Assembly: GCF_000315625.1 (NCBI RefSeq)
Contig: NW_005434657.1
Coordinates: 939,430 to 1,003,429 of the forward strand
DNA length: 64,000 nt
Reading direction: 5' to 3'
DNA from: Guillardia theta CCMP2712
Lineage: Eukaryota > Protista > Cryptophyta
Position 1 is the stretch's first letter. Every line of letters begins with the position of its first letter. Below, one piece after another: positions 23,080 through 34,018 of this stretch. The notes beneath the pieces are model-generated. The model was not told the DNA's origin and made no database searches. It saw only the letters and a list, made by a program, of their open reading frames with translations. A program made the translations under genes and the position numbers.

Positions 23080-24795
23080 TGCGGTATAGATATTTCTTTA
23101 ACAAACGCCAATATTAGTTCATGACAGTGATTCAACGAGGCCTGTGGTAGCAGGGGAACAGGCTATTCCAGCTTTCGCTGTTGTAGCAGACGAAAACGTC
23201 TTGCAACATCAAGCCCCATTGGATCAATCGCCGGTGCAGCCTAGGGCGCGGCGAGGTCGCAAGCATCCTCAATCCAGAGCTGCAGAATTTTGTGTGAAAC
23301 GGCATGATCGGCAAGAATTCGACAAAACACGTACACGCATTCAGCAGAACAATTTATCGGAGAAGACCAGAGAGATGTATATGAATTACATGATACGCTT
23401 CATAGAATGGTTGTACTCGAATGAGATGATTTCAAAACGAAGATGCGTGAAGAACATGACAAATTCTTGAACGGATCAGATGAGGTGACAGAGCCGGCGA
23501 TGACAGACGAGGGCTTACCTACTACATCTTACATCGAGTCTGTAATGTCACAGAAGAACATTCCTCCCGTCTATTTTGACAAATTCACGCCAGTCATGTT
23601 TCTTGACTGGGTGACCTTTAAAGTTCAACAAAATCCAGATTTGACATTCCAAACATGCTCGTCTTACAAGTCAGGATTGATGCACATGCTGAAGAATTAC
23701 GGGGTTACACTGAGCATGGAGGCGGTGAAAACATTGAGCAGTGACTTCAGCCTGGATTGAAGCGAGCATTGAATCTTTCTCAACTTCCCGAGTCTTGCAA
23801 CCAAGATGCAAAAGTGATAACCGGCAAGGTTCCCATGTCATACGTTTTGTATTCAGTATTCGCCAAGGTTATGCTACAGAAACCAGAAAGAGAATATGTT
23901 TGGGCCAGAACCTTTTTGATTCTGGCTTGGAATTTTATGTCCAGATCCAGAAACGTATGCACACTTCTGTACAATCCCATGGAATATGTCGGGGATGCCT
24001 TGCGATTCTACGTAATTCACACGAAAAATGATCAGGCTGGTGAGAAACCGCGGGATCCAAAGCATGTCTATAGCAACCGTGTGTTCACCTGAAGTATGTC
24101 CTCTGCTAGCACTGGCTGAGAATGAGTTTGGGGTGGGGGGGAGGGAATCGTTCACTGGAATGACATATCACAGGCATGTACTTCTGCTGTTATGGATAAT
24201 CATACTGCTAGCGGTGGGCGTCTGTTCCCAGGTGAGCTTGCCATGTGGCCATCATCAACGGTCTTCCAGTAATCACGAGCATCAGGCACAAACCAGTATG
24301 ACAGATTTCGAAAGCTCTTCTGCAAGAGACTTCTCATTGCCAAGTTGCGGATGAGGAAGTAGCAGCTGCAATTCAAGGGAAGGGGTTGGATGCAAACGAA
24401 ATCGGTAACACGGCGCTTCATCCAAGGAGCAACACGCTTCATCCCTTCTGTTGCAGTGGGAGCACTGCTTGCCCGAGCCTAGCAGCAAAAAGCATTCGAG
24501 CAGGGTGGAAGCTTGGGACAATTTACGACACCTACCTGAGGTATGAAGCAGCGTCTGACTGCTACGTTGGACGCACAGTGTGCGATCTCCCCATGAATCA
24601 TGCGGACTTCGCCATCTTGCCACCATTCTTCAAATGTGAAAGCAGGGAAAGCAGAATGGAGGTAGACAGAGTCATAGATCAACTTTTCCCCAACCTGGAT
24701 GCGAAGAAGAAGTACATTGCAGAGCAGGCTATTGCGGCGGTGGTCTTGGATGCAGGCGTGAAGGCAGCAGCGGAGGACAAGTATGGAGAATGTAT
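23080..24795 (+). mobile_element. CryptonS-like tyrosine recombinase transposon (frameshifted, internally deleted)
   Basis: LILAWNFMSRS, HTKNDQAG..PKHVYSN, EVCPLLAL, CCSGSTACPS..IRAGW..DTYLRYEAASD.YVGRTV..FAILPPFF: CryptonS-type YR signature. Confidence 0.85.
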
Positions 24796-25426
24796 GGTTT
24801 CGTATCTTACCACATTGCAATATGACGCGATCATAATATGTTTAAAGTGTGGTTATCAGGAGGTCCTCTTGGTTGAACAGAACAGGCCTGTGATGTTGCG
24901 TAACAAGAAGGATAATTCACATTACAGTTATAAGCGAATAAACCATTTCAGGGAGTGGTGCAATCAGATCCAAGGGAAGGAGAGCACAGATATCCCCAAT
25001 GATGTCTTTGAGAAGATATTGAATGAACTGAAGAAAGAGAAGATAACAAACACCAAAGAACTGTCTTATAAGACAATGCGGAACATCCTTAAGAAGTTGA
25101 AGATAAACAAGTATTATGAGCACATCAATTACATAATAAACAGGATAAATGGTGTGCCTACCCCACAATTCTCGCCAGAGTTGGAGGAGAAGCTTTGCAA
25201 CATGTTCAAGGAGATACAGGGCCCATTCTTGAAACACTGTCCTCCCAATCGGAAGAACTTCCTCAGTTATAGTTATGTCCTCTACAAGCTCTGTCAGATA
25301 CTAGGTCAAGATGAATACTTAAAGCATTTCCCATTGTTGAAGAGCCGTATTAAGATTTTTCAGATGGATTTAATATGGAAAAACATATGTGAATCCATTG
25401 GATACCCTTACATTCCTAGCATATAA
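24796..25426 (+). pseudogene. NCLDV late transcription factor VLTF3, 5'-truncated and fused in frame to the Crypton ORF
   Basis: ICLKCG, YKRINHFREWCNQIQGKE, KYYEHI..I, RKNFLSYSYVLYK, FPLLKS..D.IWK.IC: VLTF3 motifs of Imitervirales-type viruses. Confidence 0.92.
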
Positions 25427-25466
25427 GTTTATACATAAAGAAATAAGACAAGAATAAAGACAAGAG

Positions 25467-26162
25467 ATGTCGGGTGAAACAGTATCTACTAAGGAGGTCG
25501 ATTATTTGGAAGAGGATGATCCTATCCGTGGACAGAACTATGTCTGTCTCTCCATGATCAATCCTGAAGACATCTTGATTGAAAAGGAGGCATTCTATTT
25601 CTCTAAGTTCATCACACAGTTCTCTAAAGACATGAACACCCTATTCAACAATCTCAAATTGAAGTTTCCTGAGTCTGCCGATCTTGTCGATGCTGTTAAG
25701 GACAGCAACAGCTATATATTTGATGCTGAACAGTTAGATGCTCAATATAAATTCTTCAAGTCTACATCAATGGATGAGGTGGAGAAGGAGTTCAATGAAC
25801 AGCATAATTTCAGGACCTCTGTCCGTGGAATCAAGATTAGAGGCGTCTATGATACCGTACAGGAGGCACGACACCGTTGCGAGGTCTTGAGAAAGAAGGA
25901 TGGCAAATTCGACATCTATGTCAGCCAGGTTGGTGTTTGGATCCCTATCTCGATTGATCCTAACAATGTACAGAATCAGGAGTGGAATGAGACACAATTG
26001 AACACTCTGATGATGACTTATAACAAAAACAAGGAAGCCAAGGATCAATTTTTTGCTGAGAGGAGCAAGAATCCGGGAAGCACCAACCCTATTCAAGAAC
26101 TCCAAGATGGCGTTGATCCCTGGGTACAAAAAAATATCACAAACGAGGTCATTGAAGACTAA
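25467..26162 (+). CDS. Conserved NCLDV hypothetical protein (VLTF3/A32 neighbour)
   Basis: DYLEEDDPIRGQNYVCLS, F.TSVRGIKIRG.YDT..EA, IYV.QVG.W, LN.LM..Y..N; intronless and AT-rich. Confidence 0.8.
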   Translation: MSGETVSTKEVDYLEEDDPIRGQNYVCLSMINPEDILIEKEAFYFSKFITQFSKDMNTLFNNLKLKFPESADLVDAVKDSNSYIFDAEQLDAQYKFFKSTSMDEVEKEFNEQHNFRTSVRGIKIRGVYDTVQEARHRCEVLRKKDGKFDIYVSQVGVWIPISIDPNNVQNQEWNETQLNTLMMTYNKNKEAKDQFFAERSKNPGSTNPIQELQDGVDPWVQKNITNEVIED

Positions 26163-26458
26163 TACTTCTTATTCACATTTATCTTGCATTTATTCTTAAT
26201 GATTATATTAGGATCAAATGATATATCCTGATTATCATCATCCTCATCATCATTCATCATTGATTTTTTCTGGTCATGCATGGCTTGCATGTCCCACAAT
26301 TCACTGTCACACATCTTGAAATCCTTTATTTGTGCTTTGTACCAAAACACCTGATCCTCTAGCTTGTTGCTGCTTGCCTTGTTGTTGATAACAAGACACT
26401 CATGATTCTCTGTGCATTGGTCCAGAGTCTGGCTGAATATATCAAAGGTAGGGAACAT
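26159..26458 (-). pseudogene. A32-like virion packaging ATPase, C-terminal fragment
   Basis: MFPTF..F...LDQCTENHECLVINN..SNKLEDQVFWYKA. Confidence 0.88.
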
Positions 26459-27430
26459 CCCAGAAGAACCTAAAACAGAATATCAAGAAGACCCGATGGA
26501 AAAGCATATACAACTCAAAGAACAGTCCACTGAAGAGAGACAACATGAGGATGATTCTCATAAAAAAGAGGAAGAGGTGAATGATTCTGTTCATAGAGTG
26601 ATAATTGATGATGATAATGACAAAGAAGAACAAAAGGCTCCATTATCCTCTGATATCAAGAATATTGTGATTAAGGATGCGTTTTTCTAAAAGGTAAAAT
26701 TTAGAAATCACAAAGTAAATGTATTATCTCTATTCACTTATTGTAAGCATCATTATATTTATCTTCATAGAATGGAGAAAACGATCCGCAAGACTTGAAA
26801 TGGATCAAGAATACAACCTTGGATTCAGTGAGGCAGGAAACTTTATTGCTCTTTATATCATAACAACGGCAATGTTGTACTTTGTCCATGTGATGTACAA
26901 GTCAAATCCCTCATCGAAAGAGACAATAGAAAACACACCAGTTCAAACACAATACAAGAGAGGGGGTGGCAACAATGATCTATTTGATTATAAGATACTA
27001 CAGAGAATCCCTGAAGAGGTCCATACAGGATTTGGCATACCTAATAAATTAGAATAGACCACTCTAACATGAAACACATCTTGTATGGCAGAAGTATGTA
27101 TGGAAGCCAAACAATCCAAACATAATATATAGATTCCAATCCACTGTCAAGAAGAACAAATGTATCATCACTGCCACACTTGTGTTCTGATTTGCAGGCA
27201 TCTCCGAATTTACAATACATTCCAAGGAGACCGAATATATATGAGATGAAGTGCTTGAAGAATCCTACAATCAAGAGGATATGTAATAATACGATAGATC
27301 AATGTTCATGATATGCCTGATGAATACAGATACAAAGATATACATGAAGACAGAATATATGCCAATGAAACATGTTGTTGATTTATTTTGTGATTGTTTT
27401 TTTATGATAGCACATAGTGTGTGCATCATA
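26459..27430. other. Small viral-like ORFs: acidic C-terminal fragment (to 26690, +), 112-aa two-TM ORF (26719-27057, +), frameshifted hydrophobic ORF (about 27041-27426, -)
   Basis: Compact, intronless, AT-rich ORFs between NCLDV core genes. Confidence 0.55.
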
Positions 27431-27520
27431 ATTGTATAAATTTCTTAGAGAAAGTAAATTTGAACATAATAATATTTTGTGTTATATAAATCTCACACTG
27501 TGAAAATGAAACCATCTTGT

Positions 27521-27799
27521 ATGAAGTTAGACTTAAGGAAGTTTGATCCATCAACAATGAAATCGGATTCAGTGGTTGTAGCAATCTCCAAGCGAGGTGG
27601 AGGGAAATCGGTCCTGTTGAAGGATATCCTATCTTATCACCAGAGCATGCCAATCGGGGTTGTGATCTCTCCAACCGAGCAGGCTAACAAGTACTTCCAG
27701 AAGTTTATACCAAAGATGTTGATCCACGATGAGTACGAAGCACCAATCATAGAGAAGTTTATGACCAGACAGATACAAAAGAACAACAAGGTGAACTAA
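27521..27799 (+). pseudogene. A32-like packaging ATPase, N-terminal fragment
   Basis: MKLDLRKFD..VVAISKRGGGKS (Walker A with first G replaced by S), PIGVVISPTE.AN.YF, IHDEY; truncated before Walker B. Confidence 0.88.
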
Positions 27800-27876
27800 G
27801 AACATAAAGGCCTGTTTCATGAATGGAAGGCATTACAAGATATTCTTCAGGCATCCCTCCAGCATTGAGAACAAAC

Positions 27877-27953
27877 AGGGTTTAGGGTTTAGTAGCCGGT
27901 AGGGCTTCGACAGGTTCCCCCATGGGGTTTAGGGTTTAGGGTTTAGGGTTTAG
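27877..27953 (+). repeat. Interstitial (TTTAGGG)n split by a 31-bp insert
   Basis: Repeats at 27877-27892 and 27924-27953. Confidence 0.95.
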
Positions 27954-28450
27954 AGCGCCGGTTATTTCAGGCAGCGCCGGTTATTTCAGGCAGAGCGCCG
28001 GTTATTTCAGGCAGCGCCGGTTATTTCAGGCAGCGCCGGTTATTTCAGGCAGCGCCGGTTATTTCAGGCAGCGCCGGTTATTTCAGGCAGCGCCGGTTAT
28101 TTCAGGCAGCGCCGGTTATTTCAGGCAGCGCCGGTTATTTCAGGCAGCGCCGGTTATTTCAGGCAGCGCCGGTTATTTCAGGCAGCGCCGGTTATTTCAG
28201 GCAGCGCCGGTTATTTCAGGCGAGCGCCGGTTATTTCAGGCAGCGCCGGTTATTTCAGGCAGAGCGCCGGTTATTTCAGGCAGCGCCGGTTATTTCAGGC
28301 GAGCGCCGGTTATTTCAGGCAGCGCCGGTTATTTCAGGCAGAGCGCCGGTTATTTCAGGCAGCGCCGGTTATTTCAGGCAGCGCCGGTTATTTCAGGCAG
28401 AGCGCCGGTTATTTCAGGCATTATTTCAGGCAGCGCCGGTTATTTCAGGC
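27954..28450 (+). repeat. 19-bp minisatellite (about 26 copies)
   Basis: AGCGCCGGTTATTTCAGGC unit with occasional 1-2 nt additions. Confidence 0.97.
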
Positions 28451-30651
28451 ACCATGGCTGCACGCGTGGTGTAGGGGAAGCTGCCAGGGCGCCAAGGAAG
28501 CTGCAAGCGAGAGGTTTGTATACTTCAAATAGCTTTCTAAGTATGGTTCTTCAGTATGATGAAAATGTTCGCAACCTGCTGTATCGGAGATCATGCCAAT
28601 ACACGCAGAGCGGACTTGTGGATGCCTCTGTCCTCGAAGCTGATCTCGTCGAGAGGGTGAAGAGCTTCGCGAAGCGTTATCCGAACATATCGCAGAAGCC
28701 ATCCGCTCGACATGTCAGCAGGCACGACGTGAGCTTCTCCAAGAAGCGATGACTGGATGGAGTGACGCATCCAGAGAGTGGTTTATGCAGCAGATTGAAG
28801 AAGCCAAGAAGGAGAAGGTCGAGACATACACCGCCTCAGCAGGCAACGAGGTGACTTCCTTCATCTCCATGACTCTCCTGGGCATCTCGTCGGTGTCAAC
28901 CATGAAGAAAAGCTGAAGAAGAAATTTGAAGAGATCGGACTGATCGTAGACTCAGTGCAAGAGAGTAAAGCAATCATGTGGAAGGCTCCGTATAGACCCG
29001 AGATAGCGAGTGCTGAGGAGATCCCGGTGACTGTTTCCTTCCTCCGCAATGCACAAGCGGAGAAGCTCTGGCAGGGAAGAGAGGACTTCGCGATTGATGG
29101 TCGCAAGTTCACAGCTGTACATGTGAGCATCGTGCACGATCGATCTTTCAAGATTCGAGCCAAGAGAGGACCCTGGGGCAAAGGGGGCAGCTTGGCAGAG
29201 CTGACTCACCTGCTAACCTTGGGCGGCATGACAACGGCTGAGATAGCTGCCGTCTATCGCTATCAGCTGCTGCGCCAGTCCCTTGCAGCGGTCCAACTCC
29301 AGCCGCTGGCAGGCATGCTGGTCGCTGGGGCGCCAGGCCAGCAAGTCCACAAAGGCTTAGGTCAGAAAGGCTTCATCGCTGTAGGGGCCAACGTCATCTG
29401 GAGACAGAGGGAGGTGGAGTGGATCGTCTCCTCGAGCTGCCCAGAGGCGAATGATACAGCATTTCGAGCTTTCCGAGAGAGCGAAGCGATGGAGGGAGTA
29501 CACCTGACTCTGTTCAGCGAGGACCCGAAGATCAGAGAGGCGCTCGCAGTCGAGTTGACAGCTGATCGCTTTGTGTCCAGAAATAAGGTGAAGAAGGCAT
29601 CAAGGATGCAGTCAAGTCGACGGCGGCATCTGGTCGCTTCACGAGGAAGGAGATGGAGGGGCTGTGCAACGGCGGCAACACGTCTATCGCAAGAGTCAAG
29701 AGAGTCCTGTTGGAGATCGCTAACAGGCTCGAGATCAACGTTGAAGGCATCGACATGGAGGAGGATTTGAACACCAAGTCCTGGAACGGGTCCAAGCTAT
29801 GCATCCTCCTCGGCTCCACGGAGGATGCTCGACGCATGCATCCTCCTCGGCTCCACGGAGGATGCTCGACGCGTGATGAAGGAGCTGCCCTTCTATCTCG
29901 AAGGCGCAGCAACCAAGCTCGAAGCAGTCGGCTTCGACAAGGAGCCTGACTCTGAGGCGGCTGGTCAGCGGGGCACCAGCGACGCAGCGCAGCGACAGGA
30001 GGAGAGCGAGGGAGAGTGGCTGGAGTTTACAGACCTGGAGAGGATCACAATGGAGGCAGCATCTCCGTCAAGCCAAGAGGACATGCAGCTCGTCAGCGAG
30101 CTGTCAGCAGTCATCGAAGATGCAGCTTCTTTGAACGAGGCGGGGACGAGCGAGCCGATCAAGCTGGTCCTGGACAAGGCCGTTGGCAACCTCCACGACA
30201 CCTTCTACTCTCCGGGGAGCCTGGAGTTCATGTCGCTGGGAGAGTGGGCGAAGATGCCAGAGGAGCAGGGAGTTGGGCGCAACGTTCTCAAGGAGAAGCT
30301 GGGGAAGTGGCTGCAGAGCAAGCGCTGGACTCGCGTGCAAGGAGAGAGCAAGAAGGCAAGGAGGGGCAGCGCGTTCTCGCCACGGGCAACGGCAGCTGCT
30401 GAGCTTGAGCAGGAGGCGGAGAGCGACGACATAGAGCGTCGATCTCTTAGCTTCCTGTTCATAGCACTGAGTAAATTCGCAGAGATGCATGTGCTGGCCT
30501 GCTCGCTGAAGGTGGACAAGAAGGACCGACTGCGAGTGGAGATGAGGGGAGATGACGAAGAAGAGGAAGACATGGAGGAAGAGCAAGGCGAGGGCGAGGA
30601 AGAAGACGGGGCGAGCCCGTACCGAGCTTGAGCTGAGCTCAAGGTAAGTAG

Positions 30652-30869
30652 AGAAGGTGGAGGCGACCGAAAGCCAAGGTGAGGAGAGGCAACTCTCCTG
30701 ACTGAAGCTGAGGAAGCTGAATGGAGGAGGAGTAGGTGGCGACCGAAGGCCAAGGTGAGGAGAGGCAACTCTTCTGACTGAGGCTGAGGAAGCTGAATGG
30801 AGGTAGAGTAGGTGGTGACCGAAGGCCAAGGTGAGGAGAGGCAACTCTCCTGACTGAGGCTGAGGAAGC
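30652..30869 (+). repeat. 76-bp 3' UTR tandem repeat (about 3 copies) with a GCAA tetraloop hairpin
   Basis: AGGAGAG-GCAA-CTCTCCT hairpin (one G-U pair in the second unit); also present at about 57870-58039. Confidence 0.9.
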
Positions 30870-31044
30870 CAAGAGAAGACAGCAGAAGTAGAGAGTAGAA
30901 AGACGCCTCAGAAGCAGGGTTCGCATTGTAGGCCGTGTACTCCAGGTGCTCGAGCGCCTCTTTAGACTAGGATCAAATTGCATAAGCCCACAACGAGGCC
31001 GAGCAACATTCTAGCATTCTAATAAACTCACATAATAATAATAA

Positions 31045-31328
31045 TAGGGTTTAGGGTTTAGGGTTTAGGGTTTAGGGTTTAGGACCGGGCCCCTGACAGA
31101 GGCACCGGGCCCCTGACAGAGGCACCGGGCCCCTGACAGAGGCACCGGGCCCCTGACAGAGGCACCGGGCCCCTGACAGAGGCACCGGGCCCCTGACAGA
31201 GGCACCGGGCCCCTGACAGAGGCACCGGGCCCCTGACAGAGGCACCGGGCCCCTGACAGAGGCACAGGGCCCCTGACAGAGGCACCGGGCCCCTGACAGG
31301 GGTTTAGGGTTTAGGGTTTAGGGTTTAG
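31045..31328 (+). repeat. 20-bp minisatellite (about 11 copies, 31083-31298) between two TTTAGGG arrays
   Basis: ACCGGGCCCCTGACAGAGGC unit; telomeric repeats at 31045-31082 and 31298-31328. Confidence 0.97.
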
Positions 31329-32702
31329 TAGACAACATCGCACATGTAGACATCATCGCACATGGTACTCATCGCACACACGATGAAAGAAATGCGAGAA
31401 TTGGTAGCAGTGGTGGATTCCTTCTGCAAATGGTCAGGACTGCAAATCAACAATAAGAAATCAGAGATAACCAGCTTCGACTATGCTCGCAAGGGAGAGG
31501 TTCCTGGTGCGAACAAAATAACGGTCATGGGGGAACCTGTCGAAGCCCTACCGGCTACTAAACCGTTCAAATATCTCGGCTATCGCATCTCTCTGTGGAA
31601 GGAAGAAAGACGAGCACCACGCTACGGATGTTTGAGGGAGACGACAGGAATGGAGGAAGCATACACCTCGGACTGATGTCGGAAGATGAAAAAATCCTCA
31701 AATGGTTCACTACTCAGGTTAGTGCAATCACCAGGGTAACGAGACAGCATCCAATTAGGTTGGACTTCTTGCCCGACGCGCTAGGAGCAGTACCACGAAG
31801 AGTGACCTATGAGGTACTGGTCAAGAGTAAAGCACAGAAGGGAAGGTTCACCAGAGAGGAAGCTGAACAGATCTGCGACGGGGAGGATCTCTCTATGGGC
31901 ATGACAATTCGAGGACTGAGACGGATCGTGGCGAGCTGGAAGGAGTCAGCGGCTGAGCACATCGTCAAGATCTCCTCGAAAGAAGATGTCGAGACCAACA
32001 GCTGGAACGGTGAACATCTAGTGCTCAGCTTCTCAGAAAAAGAAACGGCGATTGACATCCTCAGGTCCTTTGCGCCATGGGACAGGGCAGGGAAACTTCT
32101 TCTCCTAGAGCCAGGCAGTGCCAACATCTGGGAAGCGATCGCTACAGAACCCCCTACAGAGCCTCTTTGGGCTCAGGTAGATCTCGAACGGATCGAGAAT
32201 GAGATCAACATCCCAGAACCAGAGGCAAACGTGGTCCTCGAAGACATCTACAAAGTTCTAGAGGAGACTGTCAACCAGGGACAGAGTGCAGAAAACCAAG
32301 CTTGCAAACTCAGGCTCGATGGAGCCATCGTCGGCCTGTACGACAGCTTGTCATCTCCTGGAAATGCATGTTTTCCGACGCTGAAGGAATGGGCGGAATC
32401 ATCCTCGGCAACCCAGGACGACGACATGCAAGTTTTGAAGAGTAAGATTGCAAGAGTAAGCGAGCAGCATGCGTGGGAGACGGTAGCATCAAGAAGACGC
32501 CAGGGAGCCTTTGCAAAAGCAACAGGGAGAGGAGGGGAGAAACAACAAAAAGAATTTCGAACTGACCTGTTGTTTCTTGCCCTGAATAAAGTAGTTTCCA
32601 CAGCTACGCTAACCTACCAAGGCAGCGTTGGCTCGGGAGACGAAATTGAGTTTCTCTTGAGCAAGGCAGGATAGGGACTTCGGGTAGTACGTTACACCAG
32701 GC
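31329..32702 (+). mobile_element. Chimeric telomeric element: RT fragment joined to a diverged homolog of the RT-less element ORF
   Basis: 31360-31613 equals 60903-61156 (one mismatch seen); 31614-32674 shares HLxLxSEDxKI, KSxAxxGRFTR, TxSWNG, DLERI, KLxLDxAxxxLxDxxxSPG and LFxALxK with copies A and B. Confidence 0.88.
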
Positions 32703-32802
32703 NNNNNNNNNNNNNNNNNNNNNNNNNNNNNNNNNNNNNNNNNNNNNNNNNNNNNNNNNNNNNNNNNNNNNNNNNNNNNNNNNNNNNNNNNNNNNNNNNN
32801 NN
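32703..32802. other. Assembly gap (100 N)
   Basis: Run of N. Confidence 1.
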
Positions 32803-34018
32803 TTCTTCTGATACAGCAAGGAGAGGACGAACGACGTCTGGCACGAGCAATGGGGAGAAAAACGCGCTCCCCCTGACGAGCACAACCGTAAGAGAAGAGG
32901 AGGAGCAGGAGCAGGAGGAGCAGGAGGAGGAGGAGGAGGAGGAGGAGACTGCCAGTGGTCAAGAGAACGTAGTGGAAGACAAGGAGAAGGGAGAATGTGA
33001 GGATGGAGAAAGTGGGAGGGAGAAGAGTTGAGGGAAGGAAAAAGTGAATGAGGAGGGGGGTGAAGGGTGCAGGGGAGGATGGTAGTGTGAGATTGCCGCA
33101 GCAAATGGAAGATTCTCAAGCTGCTGGGCTGAGAAGGAAGGAACCAACGGGTATGTAGCTCGTCTCTCCTCTTCTCTCCTCCTCCTCTTTCCCTCCTCCT
33201 TACAAGCCCCCTGCTATCACATCCGTTCAATCTTCCATCCCACTGCCCTTCCTCTCCCTCCCCCCTTCTACTCCCTCCCCGCTCCCCACTCCACTCCTCA
33301 CTCCCATCATAAATGCAGACTTCCTTTGCTGCGTCTGCTCGTGATTTCTTTACTGACTCGCGGCAAGGTACGGCGAGCGATGGCACGACCAGTGGAGTGA
33401 AAACTACGAGGACAACGGCTCTGGGTGAGGGAGAGCACGGGAAGGAGAGGAGGGGAGGGGAGGGGAGGGGAGGGGAGAGAGCACGCCGGGATGACTGGAG
33501 GGCACGAGGGGAGAGGAAGAGAAGTGTGCAAGTAGACTGAACAGGAGCAAGGAATGATGTCATGATGGACAGGACAGGAGAGAGGTTGGAGGAGGGAGAG
33601 ATATGAGAGATGAAGACAGCGGAATCTTGAACTTGTGACAGAACCGCAGGAACAAAGTTTGCAACAAGTGGAAAGTTTTCGGTGACGGGACGGAAAGGAT
33701 CGAGAGGTCAGGGGAGGAGTGGGACGGTAAGCAAATTAATTAATTCGATTATCGTGAAACATGTGACTGTGTCAACTACAGGAAGAGGTTGGTTCCAGAA
33801 GGGAGGAGAGACTCTCCTCAACGGCGCCAAGGTAACGCTTAGGAGCCCTGGAGGAGGGGAGGAGGAAGCAAGGAGGGACTGGAAGACCTCTGAACCTCCA
33901 TTGACAGGTTGACGGCTGGCACGAGCGTGCATGGTAGAAGAATCAGCAGCACATGCCCAACCAAAATATAAGGAGAAGGAGGAGAGGAGAAGGAATAGAG
34001 AAGGATTGGGCCTCATTA

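Larger units (their letters stand above)
27954..31045 (+). mobile_element. RT-less telomere-inserted retroelement, copy A (single ORF broken by indels, 76-bp 3' UTR repeats, AATAAA, (TAA)4 tail)
   Basis: Flanked by TTTAGGG arrays; near-identical to 55655-58039; ORF pieces 28516-30631; tail TAATAATAATAAT|AGGGTTT. Confidence 0.85.

Noticed and set aside
27954-28450. CRISPR-like array (also 31083-31298, 42124-42372)
   Set aside because: Units are contiguous with no unique spacers, there are no cas genes, and the context is eukaryotic
30652-30869. Hammerhead ribozyme in the 76-bp repeats
   Set aside because: Two hairpins and CTGACTGA resemble the core, but GAAA is GAAT, and stem III and the NUH triplet cannot be formed
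32803-33540. Possible 3' exons of a plus-strand gene after the gap
   Set aside because: Too fragmentary and low-complexity to call
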